Numbered from the stretch's first letter, positions 1-10,218 are shown. The stretch: DNA of 40,486 bases from Pseudobacteriovorax sp. (GCA_050293845.1 JBNKNM010000028.1:1-40486); one strand, 5' to 3'. Numbers and translations are program-made. Notes: generated by a model from the sequence alone, not told the origin.

Positions 1-2
1 TG

Positions 3-1964
3 GGAACCGATTTGGTGCATAATAGCAGCGATTGCGGTTTGCCGCATTACAGTAGACTTACCAGCCATATTGGGGCCGGTTAGGAGAAGATGGCGCTGCT
101 TTTTACTCAGAAGCACATCGTTAGGTACAAAAGCGTGCTGGCCTACAAATGTTTCCACTACAGGGTGGCGGCAAGCTGTAAGGGTAAGACTTTGCTCGTC
201 TGATAATTCCGGGCAAACGAGGCTCCGTTCCCTGCTATAAAACGCAAAGCCCTGCACTAAGTCCAGATATGCAACAAAGCCCGCCACCTTCTGAAAAACC
301 TGCTTATGTGCTGCCAAATCCGCTAACAAGCTTTGAAAGATTTGCAACTCCTGCTCCAAAGCATCGGCCATGGCCGAACTAAGAGTTTCATCAAGCTCCA
401 ACAGCTCCTCGGTCACGAATCTTTCGTTATTCACCATAGTTTGGCGCCGTACGAAATGTGTGGGCACCTTACTAAGGTTGGCTTTCGTAACCTCAATTAA
501 TCGTCCAAAAGTCTTGTGCTGCTTGATTTTTAGGCTGGAAATTCCGGTGCTATTGCGCAGTTGCTGCTCATACTGCTTGATTTTGTCCTCACCGTGAAGA
601 GCCAATTCCTTCGAACTATCCAAGCGTTCATGATAGCCTGTAACGAAAACCTGAAGACTGCCCAACGCGCCAGGAAACTCTTCCAAAGCGGTACCGAGAA
701 GTTCTAAGGCCTCCCGGCCTTTAATCACGCTTAAAGAGCGATCCTGAAATGCCGGACTGATCTGCAGGGACTCCATCAGTTGGACCATGTCCAAGGAAAC
801 CCGCAAAGTCTCACGAATCTGAGCTAGCTCGGGAGGAGAAATTTTGCCGCTCAAAAGCCGGGTGGAAAGCCTCTCAAGATCGGAAACCCCCTTGAGGCTC
901 TGGCGTACATGATTAAGAAACTCATGCCCTCCAGCCATAAATGCTTTCACATCGCACTGCCGCTGATGGATATGATCCGCGGATATTAAGGGAGCGGCAA
1001 GGGTAGAGCGCAGCATCCGAGCCCCCATGGGAGTCCGCGTCCGATTAATTTCATGATACAAGCTTCCCTGCACCTGGCCACGACGTACGGTGTAAAATAT
1101 TTCTAGATCGCGGCAGGCCGTTTCATCAAGGGTCATCGCCTGACTATCGGAGAGCGACCTTATGGTGAGAAACTGACTTGTTGTTGCCTTTAAGGAGTCG
1201 AGATAGCAAAGGACAGCAGCCACCAGGGGATCAGCACCCACCACCTCACCACAGGGTAGTGCTGCAGTGGTGGCTGCAGCAAAGTTCTTGGCAAGCCTTT
1301 TACTTTGCTCCTCACTATCCCGGAGCGCTCCTTCGGGCAAGACGCCCAAAGTGAGGCCGTATTCTTGAATGTGATGGGCAAATAGCGTTTTAAATTCTTG
1401 CACAAGAAAACGCCGCACCAACACTTCCCGTGGTCGAAAAAGGGCAATCTGACTACCTAGATGGTCCCAAGACTCCAGCGGTCCACAGCGAAACTCCCCT
1501 GTTGACACATCGAGAACGGCCATGGCCCATTGGCGTTTCTCGGGGTCCTCATATGCTGCCATCAAATAATTGGGAGTATCGGCATCCAGACCTTCAAGAT
1601 CTTCGATACAGCCTGGCGTGAAAACCTGGACAATATCCCTTTTCACTAGGCCTTTGGCTTCTTCGGGACTTTCCACCTGATCGGCAATAGCGACACGGTA
1701 CCCCATTTTTAATAGTTTCAACCAATAGTTGCGGGCACTATGATGGGGCACCCCGCAAAAAGGGATCCTATTTTTATCGCCTCGCTCACGGCTAGTGAGT
1801 ACTAACTCTAGTTTGGGGGCCACTTCCTCGGCATCATCCCCAAAAATCTCATAAAAGTCACCCATGCGAAAAAATAGAATACTATCGTCAACCTGACCCT
1901 TCAGATCAAAAAATTGTCGCATCATCGGGGTTAGTTGAGAGTAGTCTTCTGGTTGTCCTGACAT
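3..1964 (-). CDS. mutS: DNA mismatch repair protein MutS (3' end runs off the window)
   Basis: Not in the ORF track. Manual translation from ATG at 1964: MSGQPEDYSQLTPMMRQFFDLK...ILFFRMGDFYEIF...IPFCGVPHH (mismatch-binding domain); near the window edge RHPVVE...LLTGPNMAGKSTVMRQ (MutS Walker A). Confidence 0.96.
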   Translation of the reverse strand, partial: MSGQPEDYSQLTPMMRQFFDLKGQVDDSILFFRMGDFYEIFGDDAEEVAPKLELVLTSRERGDKNRIPFCGVPHHSARNYWLKLLKMGYRVAIADQVESPEEAKGLVKRDIVQVFTPGCIEDLEGLDADTPNYLMAAYEDPEKRQWAMAVLDVSTGEFRCGPLESWDHLGSQIALFRPREVLVRRFLVQEFKTLFAHHIQEYGLTLGVLPEGALRDSEEQSKRLAKNFAAATTAALPCGEVVGADPLVAAVLCYLDSLKATTSQFLTIRSLSDSQAMTLDETACRDLEIFYTVRRGQVQGSLYHEINRTRTPMGARMLRSTLAAPLISADHIHQRQCDVKAFMAGGHEFLNHVRQSLKGVSDLERLSTRLLSGKISPPELAQIRETLRVSLDMVQLMESLQISPAFQDRSLSVIKGREALELLGTALEEFPGALGSLQVFVTGYHERLDSSKELALHGEDKIKQYEQQLRNSTGISSLKIKQHKTFGRLIEVTKANLSKVPTHFVRRQTMVNNERFVTEELLELDETLSSAMADALEQELQIFQSLLADLAAHKQVFQKVAGFVAYLDLVQGFAFYSRERSLVCPELSDEQSLTLTACRHPVVETFVGQHAFVPNDVLLSKKQRHLLLTGPNMAGKSTVMRQTAIAAIMHQIGS

Positions 1965-1966
1965 AT

Positions 1967-2620
1967 TTAAACCTTTTGCATCGCTGTGGCCAAAGTAAGC
2001 AATTTATACTCATAGCCCGGATTATCCTTTACGATCGAACCAATGGTATAACCCGAGGTGATGACGTCATCAACAATTAGAATTTTTGGATTGCCCGATT
2101 CAGGGGAGACCCCTTGCTGAATAGCAATCTGCTGTACTAACTGGCGCCGCATGGCTCCACTGACAAGAGAACGCTTCTTCCAAGAATAGAAGCTCTGTCC
2201 TCGCCAAGACAGCAGTGGCAACTGGTAAATTTTAGCAAGAGCAACTCCCCAGAAACATGCCAGATTAAACTTCCCCTTTAAACGGCTTTTAAGGCTGGCA
2301 GGAACAGGACAAATAGCCACCACATCCGATAAAAATGCTGCTGGTAGAAACTCTAGCATAAGCCTGAGCAACAGATCAGCCGATTGGCGGCAAACCTTAA
2401 TTTTGCTGCTCAGAACTAGCTCGCGAATAAGCCCCTGATAGCTAAAAAGGAATACGGCAGGCAGCATAATCTTCCTGTCAATATTGAGGTATAGTAACAA
2501 GTTTGGGTATCGGAGCGAATCAATTTCCTGGAAGCAGCTCTCACAAAGATATGGCAGAGAGCTTTGTTGCAGGGAAATATTACAGCAGCTTTTGCAATAG
2601 ATAGTCATGGCTTGCCCCAA
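1967..2620 (-). CDS. comF: ComF-family phosphoribosyltransferase-like protein
   Basis: N-terminal CxxC...LCxxC zinc ribbon, ICPVP motif and PRPP-binding loop ILIVDDVITSGYT. Ends 2 nt before the mutS start. The true start may be MTIYC. Confidence 0.8.
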   Translation of the reverse strand: MGQAMTIYCKSCCNISLQQSSLPYLCESCFQEIDSLRYPNLLLYLNIDRKIMLPAVFLFSYQGLIRELVLSSKIKVCRQSADLLLRLMLEFLPAAFLSDVVAICPVPASLKSRLKGKFNLACFWGVALAKIYQLPLLSWRGQSFYSWKKRSLVSGAMRRQLVQQIAIQQGVSPESGNPKILIVDDVITSGYTIGSIVKDNPGYEYKLLTLATAMQKV

Positions 2621-2730
2621 AGCAACCCATGATAAAACTTTTTCCTTATTATGCGAGTGACATGCATACAGATAAAAACTTGTTCATATGAAGAATTTTT
2701 AATATGATCAGCAAAATTCAGTAAAAGGAA

Positions 2731-3555
2731 GTGCTGCTTATGAAAGTTGCTATATTATTTTTAATATTTTCCCTTTGTTCCTGTAACAATGACACATCAT
2801 CGGATAAACAACGCATTAACCTTACCGGCTCCAGCACGGTTGCTCCTTTAGTCGCTGAACTAGCGCAAACTTTTGAGAAAGAGCACCCTGGGATTCAAGT
2901 CGATGTGCAAACCGGAGGCTCTTCTCGCGGTATCGCCGATGCTAGGCAACATTCAAACGATGTTGGCATGGTTTCTCGAGCCCTCAAACCACAAGAACAC
3001 GACCTGACAGCCTATTTGATCGCCAGGGATGGTGTGGGTGTCATCGTTAATAAGAACACCAACATCACCAATATCACCAAGTCAGAACTGATTAAAATGT
3101 TCACCAAGAAAGTTGTAAACTGGAGCCATTTTCGTCAGCCAAAGCAAAAAATCGTAGTGATCCACAAAGCCCAGGGACGATCTACAGCTGAGGTGTTCCT
3201 AGATTATCTCCAGCTACCCTATGGCATGATTCAGGCTGATATTATCATCGGAGACAATGAGCAAGGGATCAAAAACGTTGCCAACATCCCCGGCTCTATC
3301 GGCTATGTTTCGATCGGAGCTGCAGAGGCAGCTATAGCCCAGGGGGTTCCTATCAGACTCTTGAATCTTGAAGGAGTATCTGCAACAACGGCAAATGTTG
3401 CCAATGGCAAATACCCTATCCGCCGCGAGTTAAACTTAGTGGTACCAAAAAATAAAGAGCTAAATGCTGCAACCCGAAAGTTTATCAATTTTATGATTTC
3501 CAAAAAAACATCGCCTGTGGTTAAGGATTTAGATTTTGTACCTATTCAAATCTGA
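2731..3555 (+). CDS. pstS: Phosphate ABC transporter substrate-binding lipoprotein
   Basis: Lipobox LCSC; GSSTVAP, GGSSRG, MVSRALK and YPIRREL motifs; first gene of the pst cluster. The start may be ATG 2740. Confidence 0.9.
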   Translation: MLLMKVAILFLIFSLCSCNNDTSSDKQRINLTGSSTVAPLVAELAQTFEKEHPGIQVDVQTGGSSRGIADARQHSNDVGMVSRALKPQEHDLTAYLIARDGVGVIVNKNTNITNITKSELIKMFTKKVVNWSHFRQPKQKIVVIHKAQGRSTAEVFLDYLQLPYGMIQADIIIGDNEQGIKNVANIPGSIGYVSIGAAEAAIAQGVPIRLLNLEGVSATTANVANGKYPIRRELNLVVPKNKELNAATRKFINFMISKKTSPVVKDLDFVPIQI

Positions 3556-4399
3556 CAAGGTATTTCTTTGGATCTTGAAGTCAGTCAGTAGTCTGACTGC
3601 CTTGATTGTCATCATGATTGTTGTCTTTGTCGGCCTGGAAACCTCTCCCATTCTTGAGATTGGTGTTTCTCGCTTCATCACCGATCCTGTATGGGACCCA
3701 TCGTCAGGCCTTTATAACCTGACACCTATGGTCCTAGGCAGTTTATTAGTAACCATAGGGGCTTTATTGCTATCCTTACCTCTAGCTTTCCTAGCAGCAG
3801 TCGTCTGCGAACTATCTCCTGTACGAAGTATCGGCCCTTATGTTCGTTTTTTTATTGAAATCCTTTCCGGAATTCCTTCGGTTATATTCGGTTTTTGGGG
3901 CATCGTCTCCGTGGTTCCCCTGCTCTATCATCTAGCACCACCAGGAGCGAATTTACTCGCCGGGTGTATTGTTCTTAGTGCCATGATATTGCCAACGCTC
4001 ACCATATTTTTAATCGGTGTCATAAGTTCTTCACCAGAAGAGTGGTTTTTAAGTGGCGAAGCCCTAGGCCTTAGCCAGGCGTGTTTGGTCTTCAAAGTAC
4101 TGTTACCTGGCATCCACCCGCAGATCAAAATCGGCATCCTGATAGCCCTAGGGAGAGCTATCGGTGAAACCATGGCTGTGCTTATGGTCTGCGGTAATAT
4201 TGTTAAAGTTCCGCTGTCCATCTTTGATCCCATACGCACGCTCACTGCCAACATAGCTTTAGAAATGGCCTATGCGATGGGAGAGCATCGCGCCGCCTTA
4301 TTTGCCAGCGGCTTTTTTCTGCTCATAGTGGTCTGTGGCCTCACCCTGACTGTCCACTGGCAACAATATCGCATGGGCGGTGATCATGCAGGGCATTAA
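3536..4399 (+). CDS. pstC: Phosphate ABC transporter permease PstC
   Basis: EILSGIPSVIFGFWG and GRAIGETMAVLMV motifs; multiple TM helices. Confidence 0.92.
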   Translation: MYLFKSDKVFLWILKSVSSLTALIVIMIVVFVGLETSPILEIGVSRFITDPVWDPSSGLYNLTPMVLGSLLVTIGALLLSLPLAFLAAVVCELSPVRSIGPYVRFFIEILSGIPSVIFGFWGIVSVVPLLYHLAPPGANLLAGCIVLSAMILPTLTIFLIGVISSSPEEWFLSGEALGLSQACLVFKVLLPGIHPQIKIGILIALGRAIGETMAVLMVCGNIVKVPLSIFDPIRTLTANIALEMAYAMGEHRAALFASGFFLLIVVCGLTLTVHWQQYRMGGDHAGH

Positions 4400-5237
4400 G
4401 CCTTCAGTAATGAATATGTTTTTTGCTCTTGCCAAAGTCCTTGCAGTAAGCTTATTTTGCGGCGTTTTTCTATGGATCATTGGCGATATCCTGATCCAGT
4501 CTGTACCTCACTTTTCCTGGGATTACATATGGTCTGCCCCCTCCCAAGCAGGTCGCACGGGGGGCATTAGACCTATTATTATCAGCACTCTTTATATTCT
4601 CATCATTTGCTTAAGCCTAGTGATTCCCATCAGTCTGCTTTCAGGTCTTTTCTTTTCATCACAACTCGTTCCCCTTCCCCATGTGTTCAAGCCATTTTAC
4701 TTAACCGTGGACGTCCTCGCCGGTGTTCCCTCTGTAGTATTTGGTCTATTTGGCAACACCTACTTCTGCAACTATCTCAATCTCGGCTATTCTATTCTCG
4801 CAGGAGGACTTACCCTAGCATGTATGATTTTACCACTGACCATAAAACTGATAGAAGCCAGCTTCCGCTCTATCCCGCGCAGCTACATCGAAAGCGGCGA
4901 AGCTCTAGGTTTGTCCCATGGGACAATTTTTATAAAGATTATGATACCCGCAATTCTTCCGCAATGCGCCGGTGCTATTATTTTAAGCTTGGGCCGCGCC
5001 ATGGCGGAAACGGCGGCACTGCTATTTACCTCAGGTTACGTCCTAAGGGACCCCCTCTCAATATTTGATTCAGGGCGAACCCTTTCTATCCATATCTATG
5101 ACATGTCAATGAATGTCACCGGGGCTAATGAATCCGCATATAAGTCAGCCCTGGTCCTTTTAACCTTAATTGGTTTGATTAACCTTATGGCACATATCAT
5201 TGTAAAAAAATGGGCAAAAACATATCATGGCCACTAA
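4380..5237 (+). CDS. pstA: Phosphate ABC transporter permease PstA
   Basis: LAGVPSVVFGLFG, GRAMAETAALLFT and RTLSIHIY motifs. Confidence 0.92.
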   Translation: MIMQGIKPSVMNMFFALAKVLAVSLFCGVFLWIIGDILIQSVPHFSWDYIWSAPSQAGRTGGIRPIIISTLYILIICLSLVIPISLLSGLFFSSQLVPLPHVFKPFYLTVDVLAGVPSVVFGLFGNTYFCNYLNLGYSILAGGLTLACMILPLTIKLIEASFRSIPRSYIESGEALGLSHGTIFIKIMIPAILPQCAGAIILSLGRAMAETAALLFTSGYVLRDPLSIFDSGRTLSIHIYDMSMNVTGANESAYKSALVLLTLIGLINLMAHIIVKKWAKTYHGH

Positions 5238-6000
5238 TACCTTTGAAACCCGTAATTTATCTTTACGAATCAATCGTAAAACCATATTTTCCGATATCTC
5301 TCTGCGCATTCCTCAGGGGAAAATAACTGCGATCATTGGTCCTTCAGGATGTGGCAAATCTAGCTTTATCAACTGCCTGAATGGTCTTATCTATAGACAG
5401 GGTAAGGTACAAACAGAGGGTGACATCTACTGGCAATCCTCCAATCTCACATCCTTTCGCGGTAACTATAAAGCTTTCCGCAGGCAGGTTGGTACGCTGT
5501 TCCAAAACCCCACGCCCTTTCCCACAACCATCAGGAAAAATTTAATGATCCCGATTAAAGAACATTTTTCCATGAGCCATCAACAAGCTCAAAAGCTGAT
5601 CCGAGACTGCTTGATCTCTGTTGGTTTATGGGATGAAATCAAGGATCGTCTGGATCAAAGTGCTCTGAAACTCTCTGGAGGGCAGAAACAACGTCTTTGT
5701 CTTGCCAGAGCCTTGTTGCTAAATCCGAATACTCTGCTCATGGACGAGCCCTGCAGTGCCCTCGACCCTATGTCCAGTGCCGCTGTTGAAAATTTGATTC
5801 GAAAGCTACAGCCCCACATCACCACGATTATCGTCACTCATAATATCCAGCAAGCCAAGCGTATTGCCGATTATATAGTATTGTTCTGGTATGACGAAGA
5901 AAGAGGTGGATATATAATCGAAAAGGGGCTTGCAAAAGCAATCTTTGCGCAACCCACTCAGGAAATCACCCGTCGTTACCTGCAGGGAGCTTTAGGTTAG
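5227..6000 (+). CDS. pstB: Phosphate ABC transporter ATP-binding protein
   Basis: GPSGCGKS Walker A, FQNPTPFP, LSGGQKQRLCLARAL, DEPCSALDP, IVTHNIQQA. Confidence 0.93.
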   Translation: MATNTFETRNLSLRINRKTIFSDISLRIPQGKITAIIGPSGCGKSSFINCLNGLIYRQGKVQTEGDIYWQSSNLTSFRGNYKAFRRQVGTLFQNPTPFPTTIRKNLMIPIKEHFSMSHQQAQKLIRDCLISVGLWDEIKDRLDQSALKLSGGQKQRLCLARALLLNPNTLLMDEPCSALDPMSSAAVENLIRKLQPHITTIIVTHNIQQAKRIADYIVLFWYDEERGGYIIEKGLAKAIFAQPTQEITRRYLQGALG

Positions 6001-6182
6001 TAAACTTCCCCAAGAGGGAGGTCAGCATACTATTGTTATTTTAATCATATTAAATCAAAAGTATATGTTAATATTTCTCTCATCGAAAACTAAAATCCAT
6101 CAGAACTTCTAGCAATAGCGAATCAAATTTCTTTATCTAGGTAAGCTTATGTATTGCGCCGTGGAAATACCAAATTAATATT

Positions 6183-6209
6183 TAAAGCATCTCACATATC
6201 GTTCGATAA
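6183..6209 (+). promoter_or_regulatory. Putative sigma28 (FliA) promoter
   Basis: TAAA-N15-TTCGATAA against the consensus TAAA-N15-GCCGATAA, with exact spacing, 55 nt upstream of ATG 6265. Confidence 0.5.
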
Positions 6210-6264
6210 GCTATATGAATGGGCTAGGTAACATGAATAATCTAAAAAGTAAGAAGGTTTTTCC

Positions 6265-7002
6265 ATGCTTTCAGTATTAAAATTTTTCATATCCGCTATG
6301 ATTTCATGGCAGATTGCTACGGCTGATGAAACAAAACTACCAAAAGTGATAACTGCAAGCTTAGCTCATATACCTAATGTCACCGATTTAGATAAAAAAG
6401 GTCCGCTTTGTGATTATATCCGTGAGTTGGAGAAAATATCGGATACAAAAATAAACTTTAAAGTCCAACCATTTTCAAGATCAATTCAGAATGTTATTAA
6501 GGGAAAAGTTGACTTCCACCTACCTCTTATTGAACCCACTGCGAAGGAAGGTCTTCCCTACTCCTTTTCAACTACGAGCTTAAGTCAGGTCAATTTCATA
6601 CTTTATACCAATAAAAATAACATTCTTGACGTGGAAAACCTGGAAGGAAAAACTCTGGAGACGGATCCAAGTCATGTATATCTTTTTCCTCTGAAGATTG
6701 AGCCCTCTCCCTGTGTTCTTTGTAGCTTAAAAAAGCTTAATGCAGGACGCATTGATGGCTTTATTTACTCCGATATTCCTATCGACGATATCATCAGAAA
6801 AGAAAAGCTGAAAAATATCAGTAGAGCTCTATATAAACGATTCAATGTAAAGTTCGTTATACCTAAAAATTCTAATGGCAGCCCCGTGGATCAGTTTTTA
6901 ACTAAATATGTTAAACTTCTTTATGAAAATGGCACTATGGATCGCTATCCTAGCCTAACACCAAAGGAATATGATAACTGGCAACCTTATACGGATTTAT
7001 AA
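6265..7002 (+). CDS. Orphan periplasmic solute-binding protein (family 3 / PBP2-like)
   Basis: Signal peptide; PFSRSIQNVIKGKVD and LKKLNAGRIDGFI motifs typical of family-3-like SBPs; no adjacent permease. Confidence 0.75.
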   Translation: MLSVLKFFISAMISWQIATADETKLPKVITASLAHIPNVTDLDKKGPLCDYIRELEKISDTKINFKVQPFSRSIQNVIKGKVDFHLPLIEPTAKEGLPYSFSTTSLSQVNFILYTNKNNILDVENLEGKTLETDPSHVYLFPLKIEPSPCVLCSLKKLNAGRIDGFIYSDIPIDDIIRKEKLKNISRALYKRFNVKFVIPKNSNGSPVDQFLTKYVKLLYENGTMDRYPSLTPKEYDNWQPYTDL

Positions 7003-7353
7003 AATAACTTCGTCACTGCTGCAACTACCAGCCAAGTGAGTAAGAAGATCATTATCGGCAATGAGGCTTATGCTGCGATACTGCTCAAAGAAAATTACCT
7101 AGCAATGGTAAGATATGCCATGGTATATGAGGTACTTAAGGTGTACACTGCCAAGTAGCAAGTATTCTTGGGAAAAATTATGACTGGAATGGAAAGAGAC
7201 AATATTTATGTTTAACGGAGCACATTCATTTGAGACGTGGATGTTTCAAAACATCTTTGCTCAAAACTCTTTTACAAAGTAAATAAGAGGTAAAAAAATA
7301 AAATGGATAGCGGCCGTGATTTAGAAAAAGTCATTTTCAGTAACAATCTCAAT

Positions 7354-8342
7354 TTAATTTCTAATCAACGCCAAACTATCAGCAACATAACAATGCCTGC
7401 GAAGTGTGCCATCAAAGTTAGCGATTCCATTGCCCATAGAGCCGCAATAGACCCCGACTAGACTGCCATTAATGTTGATTGTCATGGAACCGCTATTACC
7501 AGGCCTCCATCAGTGTCTGTAAGAAAGTTTTTTTCTTCCTTCTTCACAACTAGCCCTGATGATACTCTAAGATCATAATTAGCATCATTATAATTATATA
7601 GGTCTCGCCTCTGTTCAGACCTAGCAGTTCTCATCGGAAAACCGATGGAATAGACTTTTTGATGCAACGATACTGGTGCATCACAGGGTTCCAGAAAATG
7701 AGAAGGTTTTAAATTGACCTTCAGCACAGCAAGATCAAGCTCCTTTCCATAGGCGTCACTTTTTGCGTAACATCCTGCTAAAAAAACCTCATCAATTTTC
7801 TCATAGATAATTTCATGAGATGATAGTGACTTCACTATTTCGATCGATAGAGACGGTGCTGGAATCAACTTCGAGCCAACATACCCTTCCCTATCATAAC
7901 CTTTAGCTTCTATAATTCCTGAAACTATATGATAGTTGGTTACAATATGTCCATTTGGACCTAGAAAGAACCCCGAAGCACTTCCTTTTATATATGATTG
8001 CGCAGGAAATTTTGTCTGCTGCTTATAAAGTTCGTAAAACTCATAGTTAACTATTTGGTTTAAATACTCAGGCTTCGAAAACTGCTCAAGATCAGCTTTG
8101 CTGTACCCTGCCCTCATCGTTTCAAACCCAGATCCATCTGCTTTGAACCCTGTCGACCAATCATCCCTTTCTTTATCGCTGGCAAATAAATCAAATACCA
8201 ATTTTCTTTTTGGAATCACCTTTACTACAGAATGTAAAACTTTATTGCGAGGAAAGTCCTCTGCGAACCCATATTCAAGGGGATTGAATAATCCTTCAGC
8301 CATTCCTTCTTCCATATATTTATTAACTGTTTCGATTCCCAT
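7354..8342 (-). pseudogene. Trypsin-like (S1) serine protease, frameshifted just before the catalytic Ser
   Basis: GSASGFF, IVTNYHIV (His), ELDLAVLKV (Asp), SIGFP. A frame change at about 7503-7506 restores PGNSGSMTININGSLVGV...IRN* ending at 7354. Confidence 0.8.
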
Positions 8343-8391
8343 GTGGCTAGGTCAGCCTACAGCATATTTCATCTTATAGCAGCATTTTTAA

Positions 8392-9113
8392 CTAACAGTT
8401 AGAAAAGAACACATATCCTGTAAGAGTTAAAATTTGCAGAGTAAACCCGAAATTACAAAAATTTAATCTCTGATGAATATATAACCAGCAGGCATTATGA
8501 CGGCATACATATTGCTTAAGGAGATCATCACTCAGCTTTTTCTGAATATTCCTAATGATCTGACTTTGCTTCTTGGGGTTAGGCCAAAGAAGAGACCAAG
8601 CTTTGTAGATCTGTTCAATAAAATAATAGTTATTCCAGGAAAGAAACTTCTCAGGGAGAAATGGAATTTTGAAAAAGAGTATATACCATGACTTCATTAA
8701 CTGACGAAGAGAAATTCTAATTTGCAAATAAGGCGGTAAGGAGATTAACACTAGTAGTTTTACTTTTTAAGGTTCCAAAGTGGCTGCCAACTGAGCAGCG
8801 ACTGCCCCCGAATCGTGCCCTAGAAGAACAGCCTTTTTTCCTGAAGAGGATCTATTAATGCCAGTTGGTCATTTACCAAGGATAAAATACTGAAATCTCT
8901 ATCTTTAGGTATCTCACTCGGGAAGTACCCTCTTTGATAAAAAGATACAACTCTATAACCTTGACTTGCGATTGTTGGCATAACTTCCAGAAAGGATTCC
9001 GCTGAGTCTGGAAAACCATAGGAACATAAAATAAGAGGTCCCTCTCCAATACTAAAATACGAAATGCTAAGCCCGTTAATGTTAATATGTTCAAAGGCTA
9101 TCTCTTCACCCAT
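8392..9113 (-). pseudogene. Alpha/beta hydrolase (epoxide hydrolase-like), disrupted
   Basis: GEGPLILCSYGFPD and QRGY in ORF 8820-9113. A frameshift at the A6 run (8834-8839) gives AVLLGHDSGAVAA; an in-frame TAA at 8767-8769 is followed by RQLMKSWYILFFKIP. No C-terminal catalytic His region is recognisable. Confidence 0.8.
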
Positions 9114-9114
9114 T

Positions 9115-9933
9115 TCAGTAAATCACTTGCTTCAAAGTGTTTACAATGTAATCCATTGACTCTTCATCCAAAGTTGGGAAAAAAGGAAGTGCTAAGTTCT
9201 GTTCTGCAAAATGTTCAGCTTTAGGGAATTTCCCACTTTTGAATCCATATTTCTCAACATAAGGTTTTTGTAAGTGAATGCAGTTGAAGTAAGTTCTAGT
9301 CGGTATCCTTTCCTTAGAAAGTCGTTCTATAATTGCTGATCTGTCTAGCTGTGAGTCCATTTGAATCGTGTATGCAAACCAACTCACTCTCGTTGTAAGT
9401 TTTGAAACATGAGACAATTTGATCCCATCTATATTTTTTAACTTCTCATGATATCGACCTGCGACTAGATCCCGTTGATCTAAGAAATAGTTAAGGCGCA
9501 CTAATTGTGATTGACCTAAAGCTGCACTCATTTCATTGAGCCGATAGTTGTACCCTATTTTTGCATGGGATAACCAAGTGCTATCAGGCGCTCGGCCTTA
9601 ATTACGAAGGCAACGACATGCAGCTGCCATGTCATCGTCATTTGTAACAACCATGCCTTCTTCCCCCGTTGAAATCTGTTTATTGGGGTAGAAGCCAAAC
9701 ACTGCTACGTCACCTAAAGATCCTGCGGATTGGCTATTAATTGAAGCTCTTAGAGCTTCACATGCATCTTCGATTAAAACAATCCATATTTCCTAGCGAT
9801 TTTTCGTATGGGAGTTATACTCACAGGTTGATGAAATAAATTCGCGAAGAGAATCCCTTTCGTCTTTTCATTTATTTGTTGTTCGATTTTGATTGGGTCA
9901 GCACCTAAAGTATCCAACTCGATATCAACATGT
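9115..9933 (-). pseudogene. DegT/DnrJ/EryC1/StrS PLP aminotransferase, 5'-truncated and disrupted
   Basis: Manual translation: VDIELDTL...INEKTKGIL, frameshift near 9780, IEDACEAL...VFGFYPNKQISTGEEGMVVTND...LRN*GR (TAA 9598-9600) ...GYNYRLNEMSAALG...LALPFFP. The N-terminal part is absent. Confidence 0.88.
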
Positions 9934-10096
9934 AACAATAGCCGCGACGTTAATTATAATCATCAGAAGTAAATGCGCTTGGCGAACCCATGCGATGACA
10001 CTCTAAACGACATATACTCCCTCAAGCAACTCGAAGATGCCCATTGTGACACCACATGTCGATAATAGATATATTGGTTTAGGAAGCTTCCTCTTC

Positions 10097-10118
10097 TGAT
10101 ACGTATCGATTCGTATCA
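10097..10118. promoter_or_regulatory. 22-bp near-perfect palindrome, operator-like
   Basis: TGATACGTATCGATTCGTATCA (one mismatched pair), 100 nt upstream of ATG 10219. A perfect 12-bp palindrome AGGAAGCTTCCT lies at 10081-10092. Confidence 0.4.
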
Positions 10119-10218
10119 CTGAAAACAAGTTGGTCAATGTAGAATGTGCTAACGAGAAAGACTATCTTCTTTTTGTGCCAGATTACTGATTTAAAATTCT
10201 CAAATTCAGGAGATACTT

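Noticed and set aside
370..1621. Short ORFs 370-597, 1190-1447 and 1430-1621
   Set aside because: Antisense or off-frame shadows of mutS.
2631..2681. GATAAAA(A)CTT direct repeat upstream of pstS as a pho box
   Set aside because: 40-nt spacing and no CTGTCAT consensus; AT-rich chance match is likely.
7004..7013. ATAACTTCGT, resembling a loxP arm
   Set aside because: Only 10 of 13 nt, no second inverted arm and no recombinase.
7009..7158. About 50-codon open stretch on the plus strand
   Set aside because: No recognisable motif or convincing start; cannot be supported.
8098..8691. Plus-strand ORFs 8098-8379 and 8497-8691
   Set aside because: Antisense to the protease and hydrolase pseudogenes.
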